A DNA stretch of 64,000 bases from contig NW_003314296.1 of assembly GCF_000143415.4 (NCBI RefSeq), forward strand, positions 124,001 through 188,000, read 5' to 3'. Of this stretch, positions 48,301-62,228 are shown in pieces. The notes below the pieces were generated by a model. It was given only the letters and a program-made list of their open reading frames with translations. It did not search any database and was not told where the DNA came from. The position numbers were made by a program, and so were the translations under genes. The stretch's first letter is position 1. The number at the start of each line of letters is the position of its first letter. This DNA is from Selaginella moellendorffii (taxonomy: Eukaryota > Plantae > Lycopodiophyta).

Positions 48301-49583
48301 CCAGTGATCGCCACGAAACATCTCTTGGGAACCTCCAAGTTTATGTCTTTCAAAGTTGGATGCTCTGGATCCCTGTCCCAGCTGAAACTGGCCGCTCTTA
48401 CTTCGATCGCAGCAGCAGCAGCAGCACCACCACAACCTGTAAACTCTGGCCTCGATTCCACTTCGCTGGCCTCGAAAAACTTGGACAACCGCTGCATGGA
48501 GACACGAACTCCCACCAGAGAGCTAATGAAATCCGGGATCCCGTCCTGCATGCTTTGCAGCATCCGAAACACTGCGACTGCCGAAAGGATCTTCCCCGGC
48601 TGGAGCTTTGCCATCAACGCGACAGCAACCACAGCCATGGCCGACGGAGCAGTGGCAAAAACGTACTTTGACAGTGCTTGGACGTAAGAGTATCTGGAGA
48701 GATGGGCGTACTCAGCAGCTCGGAGGCGCTCGATCTTGCGCAAGAAACTCTCCTCCCATCCATGAAGCTTGAGAGTTCTCATGCTTCGCAGAGACTCGGC
48801 AGTAGCTCTCATCCGGCAGTCCCGCTCTCGCATCATCTTGCCTTGCGACTTCTCTTGAATACTTGCGAGTGGAACGTTGCAGAGTGTGCAAGCGATCAGC
48901 GCTCCAACGCTTGCAAAGCTCGCAAGCCCGACGTCTCTGTAGAGGATGATCAAACCGAGCAGTGCTTCGAGTGGTAGCGTCCAAACGCTGTGGATCTCCC
49001 AGCAAAACCACCCGACTTGCCGGACATCCGAGGTGACCAAGTTCACCACCTCGCCAGTCGAAACCCTCGAGCTCTTGAGCGCCTTGTGGAAGACATGGCA
49101 CGCCAGGGAGGATTCGACGTGCAGTCCCAGCAGGCACAGCATGAAATGCCGCTGCCTCTCGAGCAAGTTGGCGCTGATCTTGGCGAGAAGAAACCCCGAC
49201 GCCAGCGCGAATCCCTTGCCTGCGGAAGTGCCGTAAGACGCGACGAAGTCCGCCACCAGGAAAGGGCCCGCGTAGGAAGCCAAGACGTGCAAGAGTGAGA
49301 CGATCCCGCTCGCGATCACTAGTTTGCGATTCGGCCGCCAAATCGCATCCCAGATCGAGCTCCCGCGCAATCTCTGGAAGAGGAATGCCGCGGAATTTCT
49401 CTCGCCAAGCCACGGGAGATCTTCGAGCTGGAGAGGCCGCTTGGAACCAGCGGCGAAGAGTGGATCCAGCCAGCGGAAGAACGCAATGCTGATAGCGGAG
49501 GCGGTCACGTGAGGCGTGACGATCTTCTCCTCCTCTTTCGCCAGTGAATACGTACCTTCATTCTGGAGGAGAGGCTCTCTCAT
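45352..49583 (-). CDS. ABCC/MRP transporter lacking TMD0, multi-exon
   Basis: Starts at the L0 linker ([21 protein letters not shown]); NBD1 [34 protein letters not shown]; NBD2 [29 protein letters not shown]; stop TGA at 45352-45354. Confidence 0.92.
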
Positions 49584-49876
49584 TGGTTAGAACCCTAAGT
49601 ACCAAATGTAAGCTTTAAACGTTCTAAAACTTCCCGATAACCCTAAAAGAATGTTTTAAAGAATATACGATGAATGTAAGATACTTTTGGAATATTCTTT
49701 TTCCTTGTTTCACAAAATTTGTTTGGGGAGGGAGGAGCGCGGGCGGATGCTCGATCGGCGCGCGATCGTGGCGAGAGAGCCGAGAGCTCGGCACTGCGGC
49801 TAGAATGCAGCGCCTGCGGTAGCGAGAAGAGGAGGATCGCGGGGCGGGGCGGCAGCGGCTAGGGTTTGTGGCCAGG

Positions 49877-52837
49877 ATGATAATCCGCACGTACCAGCGG
49901 CGGCACAGGGGTAGCGATTCTCTCCGGGGAGATTCTAGCTCGCAGGAATCCTTTTGGAGCAGCTCGCAGGAATCGGCGTGGAGCAGCTCGCAGGAGGCAG
50001 GGTTTGTGTCGTCGCAGGATTTGTCCAACTGGTCGTCGCTGGAAATCGAGGAGAATGTGCCCAAGAAGAGGAAGCAGCAGCAGCAGGAGGAGGAGAGCTT
50101 CCAGGTGGAGAAATTCGAGGGCAGGGCCACCGGGGCCAAGCAATTGAATCGCTTGCAGAGGCAAGTGGGCCTGAGCTTGAGCCGGCGATGGGGATTCTCT
50201 GCTCCTCCAAACTCGACGCTCATGGAGGCCCAGGAATCGGGTGAGATGATGGAACAGGTTGACGAGGTGAATTTTGCCATGGATGGCTTGCGCGAAGGAC
50301 AGCCTCTCCAAGTCCAGCAGGCCAGCTTGATCTCCATTCTCTCGCTCTGTGCTTCGCTCCAACAAAGGCGCTTTCTTCGATCTCACGGGTGCGCTAAAGT
50401 TTTCTTCTTTTCCTCTTCTTCGTGTTGTTTGATCACAAGCACTTTCTTTCTTATCAGGATTGCGAAAACTTTAGTAGATGCTATTGTAGCTTTACCAACA
50501 GGCGATCCGGCGTTGTCCTTGGCTGCCTCAGCTGTTTTTTACGTGCTTGCCAGTGATGTAAGCGTTTTCTCTACCCCTCGTACACTCTAAATGATTTTTT
50601 TTTTCCTTCGTTTTTGTTGTTTGTCAGGGGCATGATGCGAGTGTGATGGACTCCGACCCGTGTATTCGCTTTCTTCTCAAGCTTGTTACAAGCCAGACTG
50701 ATACAGTCAGTAGCAGCGATGGGATGAATATTGTGGCTAAAGTTTATGAGAAGTTGCGTGCCACGAAAACTTCAAGTGACGCTGTGACAACGAATCAACT
50801 AACTCCGAAGTCACTGGCATTGCGTACGTTAGAGAGAGCGTGCCTTTCTGCTGTCGTTCTAGATGGTACGTGATGGCTTTCATGTTTATTGTGGTTGAGG
50901 TTTCTAAAAACTTTTGTAGACAATAGTGGTGCGGTGACAAAGGTTGGAGGACAATTCAAAGAAAGGCTTCGCGAGCTGGGTGGTTTGGACGTTGTCTGTA
51001 ATGTTGTTGCGACATGTCTTACAAATTTGATGGTCAGTGAGAGTTTCTGTTGGAATTGCTTGCTCTTATTACTTTCGTTTCAGAAGGGAAGGACTCGGAG
51101 TGACCATACTGTCAGTTTACTACTAAGATGTTTGAAGGTGATGGAGAACGTTACATTTTTAAGCGAAGAAAATCAGGTGTGCGGATTGTTTTTGTCTGCG
51201 TTCATGTTATCTGAGCATTTTTATATCCAGGCTTATCTTTTGAGACTGAAGCACCATCAAAATTCTATTTTTTTGCCAGAGAGCTTCATTGGAATCGTTA
51301 TAAAAGCAATTGATACTTTGCAAGGTACCAACTTCTTTTCTTCTTTGCATCCAGCACAATTTTTTGTAAGCAGATATCTCGAGTCAAGATAGAACGGCTG
51401 GCAAAGAAGTCGACTCTAGTTTGGAAATTTCAAACACGAAAGAGACAATAACCTGCAAAGATGATGCCATTCAAAAACAAAGGCCGGCCTTGAAAGGTGC
51501 GTCGTCTCGTTCTTTTGTCTCTGTGATTTATTGTCTTCTGTAGGAAGAGATGCTTCTAAATCTGCAAACCAAAAGGAGCTCAAGCTGAGAAATGCTCTGC
51601 AGAAAGCTAAAATTATCAACACGCAACGAAAGGCATCCCTGACGAGTAACTGCCAGAAAATGATTCAAACGAAGGTTTCCGATAACGACAGGCGCTTCAA
51701 ATTTCCTAGTGATACTTCTATGACGACGGACAACGCGAGTGACGATATCTTCTCACAAGATCCATACGATTTTGATGAGCCAGATTATGACATTAAGTTT
51801 CAATTTGGTAAACCGAAGCATCAACACAAGTCCAGAGTAGAACCCCTTCATCCAACTTTTGAGAATCACGAAGCTGGTGGCTCTTCTGCTAGATGCAAGC
51901 TAGAAGAAGAATGTTTACTTTCGGCTGTCAAGGTATGCCATCGTTTTTCGTTTTCCTCGGTTAATAATCGCTGAAATATATTCTAGGTTCTGATGAACTT
52001 GACGAATGATAATGCTACTGGATGCAAGCAAGTTGGAGCATGCAACGGGATTTTCTCTGTCGCCTCGCTCCTCGTGTCAAACTATCCTCGCGAGTCACAA
52101 GAAGAGATGAGCTTGGATCTCCTTGTGACGGTACTTGGCATGCTTGTCAATCTAGTAGAGAAAGACAAGAGTAACAGGTGAGACATTCTTAGCTTTCAGA
52201 ACTTGTTAACTTCTCGTGTTTGTTATCCAGATCTCAGCTTGCAGCTTTGGACTTGAAACTGCCATCCCACATAGCCTCAGGAAATGGAAGAGGCATTTTA
52301 ACGTTATTGTGCTCTCTCTTTTTAAGCAAACAAGGTTCCGGGGAAGCTGCTGAAGCGAGAGAAAAATCCATTATCAAGGTACTTGATCTGTTTTCTTTTG
52401 TTTCTTCTATAAGTTATTCAATAATTCCAGGTCGAGGATGATGATACTGTACAAAGAGGACAACGAGAAGCCGAGAATATGATTGTGGAGGCTTACACAG
52501 CCTTGTTGCTCGCGTTCCTCTCCACTGAAAGGTACTGCTTTCTCATAGATTTAAGCAACTTTAACTTCTGTGGGGGCAGTGACAGAGCACGACAAGCAAT
52601 CGCCGAGAGATTGCCGGGAGAAGGACTATTATCCTTAGTTCCCGTTTTGGAGAGATTCGTGGTGCGTATGCTCTATAATAACTTCCAAGCTTTCTTTTCG
52701 GTCTCTTTAGAGCTCACCACCCTTTGTGATAAAACTTGCAGGCGTTCCATCTGTCGCTAAATATGATCTCTGCCGAGGCTCACGCGGCTGTCCAGGAGGT
52801 GATAAATTCGTTAAAACAACCTGCGATTGATTTGTAA
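49877..52837 (+). CDS. WAPL: Cohesin release factor WAPL, multi-exon
   Basis: MIIRTYQRR N-terminus; TLMEAQESGEMMEQVDEVNFAMDGL; FKERLRELGGLD; LMNLTNDN; LGMLVNLVEKD; MIVEAYTALLLAFLSTE; LVPVLERFV/AFHLSLNMIS; stop at 52837. Confidence 0.92.
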
Positions 52838-53197
52838 ATTCTGACCTCAATGGAATAGAAAATCGCCATTTATTCAGGTCGAATGCTACCATGTAAATAC
52901 CAGATCATGGAGGCAAAACTGGTTTCTGACTTGGCAGAGGATCTTTATAGACTTTTATTGACTCTTCATTAACTTTCAACGTGCAGTGAAAAGTGGAATA
53001 TGCAATGTCTTATAATGTTGTGACAAGCAAAAAGCATAATCAAGGGTCATTTTCAGGCACCTTCATTGACTATATTGATCCTGCAAGAATTTCATTTAAA
53101 AATATGGTGGGTTCTAAGCGCAGATCAGGTGTAGCAATGGTAGATCTTGAGCGAAATTGCAGTTGTGGGCGATGTGGTAACTATTTTTCTTGATTTT

Positions 53198-54110
53198 CTC
53201 TAGACTCTTTTTTGGAATGGTAGCATGGTTGCCACAGCTGACAGTGTGGATGTCTGGAGAAATCATTCTCGATCTCTTGGGTGTTACACCAGGCCTGGAG
53301 ACTCGTTTGTAGGATTCAAGCGTGTGGATTATCGTCACTTAAAACTTAGTGTAGTTGGAGCAAGGCCATTTGCGATGGGATGAAGTTTACGGCAAAACTC
53401 TCCTTTCTTCGTTGTAAGAACTTTTCTTCCTTTTTCATTCTTTGAAGATTTCGCATTTCATATATGAAAGGTAGTGCTGAGAAGATCCAGGAGCTCGTCC
53501 TTGATGCTCCCAAAGATCACAAAGTAGTTATACTCGGACACAATGGACCGACTGGTATTAAATCCTTGTTCCCATGCCTCTCCTTACAAAAGAAATCTTA
53601 CAGGATTGGGCTCAGAAATCGATGATAAAGATTTTAGTGGACGTCTGATCCTGGTAATTTCAAAACCTCAACTAGTTTTTCCTCGACAGACTTGGCCGAG
53701 GCTATAAAATTTTGCGAAGAAGAGTGCGAGATACCTTTGGTGGTGTTTGGTCGTATGCACAGATGGTCGCGGCGCTCAATCGCAAGGTTTTTGTGAATGG
53801 TGCCGTGGTTCCCAAGGATTGAATCGAGAGTTTACCATGGTAGCGCTGCGAGACAACGAAGTTAGACTTGGGAGACTTGGGAGAGAGTTGACGCTGGAGA
53901 TGTTTGCACTACCAGTGAGAGAGTTCTCTTTCAACTGTAGAAACTGTAGACCACAAGAAAGAAAAGACTTCGATGTGTAAAGAAATGTTTGGATATTCTT
54001 ACTTCAGCAATGGAGCTCGAGCTTCTATCCAATCGATTTTTCCTAATGGAGCTCAAGCTTCTATCCACTCGAATTTTACTTCAGCTATGGAACTCCAGCT
54101 TCTGTCGATT
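53198..54110 (+). pseudogene. Inverted, deletion-riddled copy of the metallophosphoesterase gene and its downstream repeats
   Basis: Reverse-complement match to ~41135-39590 including introns (ggagactcgtttgtaggattcaagcgtgtggattatcgtcacttaaaacttagt; acagacttggccgaggctataaaa; tggagctcgagcttctatccaatcgatttttcc). Confidence 0.88.
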
Positions 54111-55267
54111 TTTACTTCTTCAAAATCATTTTCCCAGATCAGTTACTTCCAACGGCTGTGATGCTCGCTTGTGACGGCTACGTTGTAACAAACGCTTTGC
54201 CAGAGTTGACTACCTTCCTCCAGTAAAAGGAGAGCTCAGGAATATAACAGAATATGCCGTCAAAGGTTTATCAGTTTACGGAGGGAGGCGCGGTCAGCGA
54301 CACATTGTTTCCTCCCCTCGTTACATTTTCTTCCTCACGTTATGCCTCTCCAGGGACTACTTTGAGGATGTGAATCGGACGCGGGACAAGTTTGAGCAAA
54401 CGCTTTCGGAACCTGTGCCATTTATCTCTCACTGCAGGTAGTGTAGATGCTGGATCAACCCGAGGGAGCTGGACCGGCACTCATCTCCACCACTCGAACG
54501 AAAGTAACGTTGTTAGCAACGAGTAGGAGCTGAGACTTAAGTCGTCACGAGTTCCCTGTCGTCGTTGAGCGATGCTCTGCAGCTTCGACTGAAATGGACA
54601 TCCTCCCCTGACGTCCTGCGAGCAAAACGCACCATGGCAGGAGTGTGGAGGAAGGATATACACGTTGTGTTGAGATTGTTGTGGACGTTGCTAAGGAGCT
54701 TGATGAGATCGTGGTGCTCCATGAGCGTCTGGCATTCCGGGCATGCACGTATTTTCCTAGCTTCGAATTTCTTACTTGTCAGTGACGAGGAAACTGTCAG
54801 CGAGGTGAGCTATGGTGGCCTCCGAGGCGGTGAGAGCATCGATCCCGGCCTTGGCCTTGGCTTCCAAAGCTGCGCGTCATTCGCCTGGATGGATCCGAAG
54901 GAATGGAGCGTGGATTTAGGCGCTGTAGTGGAGAGATGTAACGAAGAAAGCGTACCTGTTGACAATAGTAGACATTCTGTCCAGAGAGACCACCCGAGGG
55001 AATCACACGATAAAATGCCCGGCAACGGTAAATGCCGAAATCAGACAAGTGGTCTTTCATCAGGTCGAAGACGTCGAGCGCCAGATCCGTGCAGCCACAC
55101 CTGTTTTCCATCACCGAATCGTCAGGCCTCTCGTCTTGGAGGATCCGAAGCGATTCCCTCAAGACGAGCTTACCCTCCGGAAGAGCTCCGCAGAAGCGCC
55201 GCGGACTAACTCCAGTTGCCGCTTCATTCTCGCGGACTGCAAGACTCCATGCTTACTGCAAGTTTCC

Positions 55268-56830
55268 ACGGCTGAAAACTTGCATGAGATCCCGCAAAGT
55301 GCCGGCGGTGCGTTTGGTTTGTACTGAACCTGCGATGATCACATTGGGAAACAAAGAGCTATTAGACACGATCAAACAAACTTTAAGGCAAGAGCTGTGA
55401 TAGAAACCTTGACTTCATTGAGTTCCAGATTGCCTAGTTGCGGCCATGTGTATACTGGAGTAGAAGCTCGGCCGAGATTATTCTCTTTTCGGTGTCAACT
55501 CGACTCCACAGTGTCCATGTCAACACTGTTGTCAAGCTCAATGCGTACGTAACAGCAACTCCAGCCGAACCTTGCATTTGGAACCGTGAGCTTTCATCCA
55601 TCCTAAGAGAGAGTTTTGCAAAAGGAAACAACGTACCTGGATTTTTGGGGAAAGCAAAGAGCAGGAGCATCAAAGCGCAGAAGCAAACGTCGGCAAGGAC
55701 GCCGATCCCGAGAGTCAGAAAACTCCATTGGACGGTTGTTTAGGTTGACTAGGTGGAACAATCTCTCGAGACACTGTGGCTCCCAGTGGAATGCTCGTAT
55801 CGTGGTGAAACCGCTCAGGAACTCCTCAAAGCGGTGAACGATGGGAACGCACTGGATCTCCATTAGTCTTGGGAGCTCGCGAATTGTCTTGATGTAGTAT
55901 TTGTGCGAGAAAGGATTTTAGAAAGGAAACATTTTTGTAGTCAAGAGCAAATACCTGGAGCCAGTAAGCCACAGAAGCTAGAAATGCGAACACCGGGAGG
56001 ACATTCCACGAAACAAATGAAACGATCACAATTATTGTAACAAGCTTGGTCATGTAGCCGGCTACCTTGGACAATCTCAGCACAGAGATATATACCAGGT
56101 TTGGCCTGTAGAAGCCTGCAAGAACACCATTGAGAAAGAAAAAGATCTGTGAGAAAAGTGAAACATGCTTACACGATTTAAGATTGGAGTGGCGTCAAAG
56201 AATAACATAGGAGGGAGGAACATGGAGCGGTACATGCCGAGAAAAGTCTCTATGAAGTTTTCAATCCCACCATGGTGTCGGCAGAGTGAAGCCAGTGAGC
56301 TTTCCAAAAAAGGCAATCTGAAAATGTTAAGATCCTATCCTTTACATCCTAAGCCAACTAATTAAAAAGGTGATCACTTGATTGTAAGGCCTTTTTTTTA
56401 TGTATTATCTGAATTAGTGCCTAACAGAAAACCATGATAAACTCTGTCCCAGACATTTTCAGCCTCACAACTTGTGTTTTAGCTGCTTGCAAACCTTAAT
56501 AAACAGATACTAAGATCACGGGAATGAGAGCTGATGTTAGATAGGCCAAGTACCCTGCTCACACTCCACATACCCTTTGCTCGGCTGCCTCTGTCTCTTC
56601 CAACTTTCGCTAGGTCTCGGCTGGAGCTTCGTTTCGATCCTGATTGGAAGACTCGTCCATTGTTGCTGCACGGCTTTTCTTGGCTGCGGAGTTCACTGAT
56701 AAGCTCCCGTCAGCCATAACCTGTATGGTTCACAACAAGAAAGTTGGTGATAGACTTACGATCACTTTGTTGGCCATTGAGATGATGCATCACAAGTAGA
56801 ACCGTGTGCAAAATACCTTGGATACACTGT
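55268..56830 (-). pseudogene. Degenerate partial copy of the ABCC gene (TMD2 region)
   Basis: Same-orientation match to ~46175-47800 including introns; frameshifts and deletions. Confidence 0.9.
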
Positions 56831-58620
56831 GACTCTCATGGCTGATGACACTGCTAAGTGAAGATAGCAATTCTTTGGTGGCGAAGGCAGCAGAGGCCTA
56901 CAAGCTTTAAAGAGCAACTGGCTTTGAAGGCGTCCGAGGTGAGAGCTAATGTTCAAGCTAAATGCAGATTGAGACCTTTCAGAATGAACAAGATGCAATA
57001 GTTGCTAGTGAGGCACAAGCAACTAGATAGCATACAACCTCAACATGCTTGGATACTGAGTAGTCGCAAACAACTAAAGGGTGATAAGTTGCTATAATGC
57101 TTATTTCCTACGTGCGCTGGCATACAATTCCTATATTCCTAGAGGGTAAGTCTCTCTCTACATATTTGTAGGAACTAGCTGTTTCTTTTGTTGGTAGACT
57201 TTGGCCTTGCATGAACCCGAATGAGCAAGTAGCAGTCGACAATGAAAACATTCGTCTTAGAATGTATCATGCACACAACATGGAGAACTTCCGAGGTTCC
57301 AACTTGCATGCAAAGTAATGAATCTGCCTAGAGCAGGATGAACAGTCACCATTGTACTGTATGATATTATGTATAGTACTGCATATGATATCATGTTATG
57401 TGTTACAGTTTGATTTGTGTCTTCCTTTATATTTTTTCTCTCTTGAGACTTATTGAGTGTCTTGTGTGTGTGTCTTTTTTTTTTCTTTTTGTATTTAGTA
57501 TGAAGACTACATTAGCTCATGATTACATAGTATGAAAACAAAATAATCTCTAGTAGCATTGATATTCCTCAAGATGAAAAAAACAGATGTTAATGAAAAA
57601 CAATGTAAGATAGATGTTTTGTATCCTCAAGCTAAAAAAAGTAATATTAGATTAAATAATAGTGCAAGTTAGTTATATATTTCACAACAAACTCATGATT
57701 CTTATATAAAATCCAAATGCATCTAGAATTTCATCCAAACTTGTTATAGGGTTTTTTATTGATTTCTACAACTTGGTGAGCATTATTTATAAAAAGCAAA
57801 TTATTATTAAAAATCAAAATATTTAATTTTGTATGGATTTAATTTTAGATTAAATATGTTTATTAAATAACTTTCAAAGTTTTTAAAATTATTAAATCAT
57901 TGTGGCTTGTGAGCACTTTTTTCATTGGCATTTTATCACTTTATATTAACAAATCATTGGACGACAGAAAGTTAATCAAATATGTACTTTTATTGGTCTT
58001 AGCACAAATTATTTCACATTAAATTTATTTTCTTTATTATAATTATTTTAGTTAAAATTATTTATTCAGATGTGTGTTAACCTTTTTCCTTTACTAGAAC
58101 AATAATAATTTTAATTATAAAGGTAAAAGAGTTAAAAGTATAATAAATTTATAGATTTTATTAACTTTATTTTGTTTTTAATATATTTTTTATTTAGGGC
58201 TATTCATTTTCTGTTTAAGATATTTAATTTTGTTCAAGTAATAGACATATAAAAGAATGAATGAACCACAATATAAAATTGTTTGTAAAGCTATATAACA
58301 TTTATATGAATGTAATTAAGAAAATGGTAAACTTTATTAACTTTAAATTTATGATTTCAAAACAAACATTATGGGAGTCCTTAAAAGATTTACTTGAACT
58401 TAATGACCATGACAACATTTCAGGTTTCATAAAAATTTCAAATTTTATTCAACTTATTACATTAGTTTTCACTGTTGTAGCCTCAAATGATAGGGCAATA
58501 ACACCAAACAGAAGAAATAGGGGAAGTCTTTTATTAGCAGTAAAAAACCCCTCTATAGCACAAGTAGAAGTTATAAATGGCTTTTACTTTTAATTATTAC
58601 TCAATAACTAAAAATAAAAG

Positions 58621-60348
58621 TGTAAGCGACTAAATTTTCCATTCTACTTTAGTCATTTAACCACACCTCTGACCACTTGGAGGAGTCTCATTCAGAACCT
58701 CCATAAGTCCAATCCAGGACTTAGGACTTACTAGCCCCGAGAATGACATCCATGCCACTCAACATTTGCATTTATTCTAAGTGCTCCATGTGTCCGATCC
58801 CATGACCGACACTCAAAGGTACCACCGACATAGCAACCCGTTACGCTAAGGCCATGCCTAATCACCTTTGCCACACTGGTAGTCCATTACCACTTGCATC
58901 ACAATCTTGGCTCTCCAAGACTAGGCAAACCCTCCGTGAGTGGTCATCTCAGATCCACTCCTTAGCATCCTTAGGATGCCCACCGACAAGGGGAATAGCT
59001 TTCCCCAATATCCCTCTGTCAGTCCCCACTAAGTCCCTTTCTGCCCTTGGCCGTGTTTGCCAACACTGCCACTGGATCGAGACCCACAAGCCTGACCACT
59101 AAGTCCCATGGTCCTCTGAGACTTCCTCACCACACGACTGTGTCCTTGGTCACTACCCCAGAGGACTGTTCCTCTTCCTTTCTACAGTCTAGGCCTTTGG
59201 GACAACATTTCGGAACACCGTGGCCCTACGCGGGCCTCATGGGTACTCTCCCTGCCTTTCGCCTTTGGGTGCTCTAGCCATGGGCTTAGAGCGAGGTTCC
59301 GTTGAGCCACACCAGGTATCCAAGTAGGTAGTGCCACCCACACTTGGACTGGGAGCATCGGCCAGTCGATCTCCCGGGGGAACTAGAGCCGGCTCTTGAA
59401 CACTTCACCAAGCTACCCCGCTTGTCGGTCCGTGTTCACTCTAGTCTTGGACTTCCCAGTGGGCAGCTTTTCACCCAACACTGGGTCCGGCCTTCCTGGG
59501 CCAAACTGGCCTTTCCTGGCCAAATTGGCTCCACTGCAGTCCTCCCCCTACTATACTTTTGGAGCTCACCAAACCCCCCAGGGTCTGGGAGACAAACGCT
59601 TTGGGCTTTCACCCTCTCAGACTTAAACTCGAACTCGGACTCGGACTCGGACTCGGACTCGGACTCGGACTCGGACTCGGGCTCGGGCTCAGTCTCGGCC
59701 TTGGCTTTGGCCTCGGTCTCGTTCTCGGTCCCGATCTCGGTCTCGGTCTCGGTCTCGGTCCCGGTCTCGGTCTCGACTTCGGACTCCATCTCGGACTCCA
59801 TCTCGGACTCCATCTCGGGTCCATCTCGGACTCCATCTCGGGTCCATCTCGGACTCCATTTCGGGTCCATCTCGGACTCCATCTCGGGTCCATCTCGGAT
59901 TCCATCTCGGACTCCATTTCGGGTCCATCTCGGGTCCACCTCGGACTCCATCTCGGACTCTATTTCGGACTCCATTTCAGGTCCATCTCGGGTCCACCTC
60001 GGACTCCATCTCGGACTCCATCTCGGACTCCATTTTGGGTCCATCTCGGGTCCACCTTGGACTCCATCTCGGACTCCAACTCGGGTCCATCTCGGACTCC
60101 ACTTCGGACTCCAACTCGAGTCCATCTCAGACACTTCCACGTGTCATGTGTTGGTCCTTTTGGGTCCCTTTTTGGAGCCTCGCTTTTTGTTCGCTTCGTG
60201 CTCGTTCCTCGAGCACTTCGTTAGGAGTTCCACTCCCACTCTCGACCTTTCAAGTCGGAGTGTTACACTCGTTTGGCTTTCGCTTCGGTCACTACCACGT
60301 GGCACCCTTCCGGCTCCACTTTGGGGCCTAGGGATTTTGTGTCTCACA
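58621..60348. mobile_element. Solo LTR (1728 bp) containing a satellite-like array
   Basis: GC-rich island in AT-rich DNA; starts TGT, ends ACA; perfect flanking TSD AAAAG (58616-58620 and 60349-60353); no coding domains. Confidence 0.78.
59628..60130 (+). repeat. Tandem array: TCGGAC/TCGGTC hexamers grading into TCGGACTCCATC (12-mer) and TCGGGTCCATC (11-mer) units
   Basis: Directly visible periodicity. Confidence 0.95.
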
Positions 60349-61714
60349 AAAAGTTTCTAAAGATTTAGAGAAAGTTATTAAACATATTTACTAAACCTGA
60401 AAGTAAATCATTAAAATATTGAATCTTTTAAATTTTTCATGATAACAATTGAAATTTTTTACATAAGGAAACAATACCCAAAATGACAATAACAAAGGTG
60501 TTCAAGTTCTATAAACTAATAACAATTAAATCTTTTAAACCATATAAGTAATAAAAGGTTCATAGCAAATTTGAATAAATTTTAGATACATTTAGATTTG
60601 ATAATAAGATCAAGAGTTTATTATAAGGTTTTTAATTAACTTATACTATTATTTAATTTAACATTACTTTTTTTAGCTCAAACAAGTTTACTTGTTTGTG
60701 AATTAAGTTATAACCATATATACCTTCATATTTTATTCATAAAAGGAGTGAGAGTTATATTTGTGAATATTAGTATTTATATATTTGTTTGAGTTTATTC
60801 ATCCACTAGGTTTTAGATTTGAGTTAAAATTTAATAAATTTTTTCTTTCCATTTTTGAAAGGTTCCGCAATGTTGTTCATTTTTAGTTTAATGTAGCCAT
60901 TAGTGTCATTTGTGGAATTTTTAAAACTGTAAAATTATATATATGTTTAATTTTAAGTTTATCTTTGTTAGTTTGCTCTTGGATAATTTAAATATTTTTC
61001 AAAAACTTATAATTTAGTAATTTAGTATCATCTATTAGTAATATGGTAAGTTAAATTAAGTTTTAAATATTAATAAAACTGAAAAATTGTTACAATTTAT
61101 AAATTCTATAAAACTTTTAAAAGACTTTATCGCTCGTAAACCGTGAAATTTGAAATTAACAAAGTATATTAATTTTCATTTACATACATATAATCATAGT
61201 AGAGCTTTTCAAAAAAACAAAATTATATTTTGATTCATCTTATTTTAATATTTATTGCTTAAAACATAAGACAAACAACTTCTATACTCATAAAATGTTA
61301 AAATGAAAATAATATTAATTAAATTTATATTTTATTATTTTAGAAGAAAAAATGGGTCAATAATACAAAGTGGTAAAAAGTTATTAGAATTTGAAAAACA
61401 ATTATTCATGAAATCTACTTTTTGTTAAAAAAATTCTATAATTATTTTTATTCTGAAAATACTTGTGATCATAAAAAAAACTAGTTGACGAAGTTTTAAA
61501 TTTTTTAAAATAAAAAGTGTAGTTTTATTTTAATTTGTTTATATTATTATATCATGCATCTGACTTTTAGTAAAAAAAAGCCAATACACACTATAAAGTG
61601 CCATGGTTTGAAAGAAATCAAGAGTTCTGCATGGTACACCACAGAGTTATGAAAAGGATCACAGCTATCTAAGAAAAAAAAAAAAAAAAAAAGCTTCACT
61701 GTGTAAAAATTAAA

Positions 61715-62205
61715 TGCTTTGGGAGAGGATCAGCGCTGCGGCCGCGATATTCTCGGATCAGGTGCGCAAATCGCATGGATCAAGGAATGCGGCGGCGCCA
61801 GAGATCTGGAGCGAATCCACCAAGAGGCATTCGTAGCGGCTATGGATGCGGCAGCCTGGATGATGCGATCCATCTTCAACGCCATGGGATGAAGAATCGC
61901 GACGTGGTGTCGTGGAATTGCTCTAGCCATCAAGAAGATCTGCGGGAAGGTCGTCAAGCTCAACTCTCCGCTTTGATATCCACTCGAGAATCCTCTCCAA
62001 GAGCAGCTTCGCTGAGCTACACAACCAACACGCTCATGGACATGTACACGAAGTATGGGTATTTGACAGGGTGGTTTCGCAAGACGTTTCATGGAACGTC
62101 TTGATGCTTGGCTATGCTGAGAACGGAGAAGAGTCTCTTATGTTGCAGCTACTCCAAGTGACGGCTGGTGCTGCAAGCCCAAGGCTTGGGGCTGTCTCGC
62201 CGCCA
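61715..62205 (+). pseudogene. Inverted miniature copy of the PPR gene 5' half
   Basis: Reverse-complement match to ~39505-37660 (gatcagcgctgcgg..gatattctcggat; tggatcaaggaatgcggcggcgccagagatctggagcg; cgctgagctacacaaccaac) with large deletions. Confidence 0.85.
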
Positions 62206-62228
62206 AAGTAAAAGAAAATCACTGAGCA

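Noticed and set aside
59344-60360. 338-aa SD-repeat ORF and overlapping ES/LG/RD-repeat ORFs
   Set aside because: Open in several frames on both strands only because the repeat units lack stop codons; located within a solo LTR.
58261-60630. Possible hAT-like transposase C-terminal remnant flanking the solo LTR
   Set aside because: Only faint similarity (FIQLITLVFTVVASNDRA) in extremely AT-rich decayed DNA; no TIR or TSD found, so it cannot be supported without a search.
61674-61692. Poly(A) run as evidence that the neighbouring pseudo-copies are retroposed
   Set aside because: It lies upstream of the PPR copy, and the DevT-like, ABCC and WAPL copies retain introns, so they are DNA-level duplicates.
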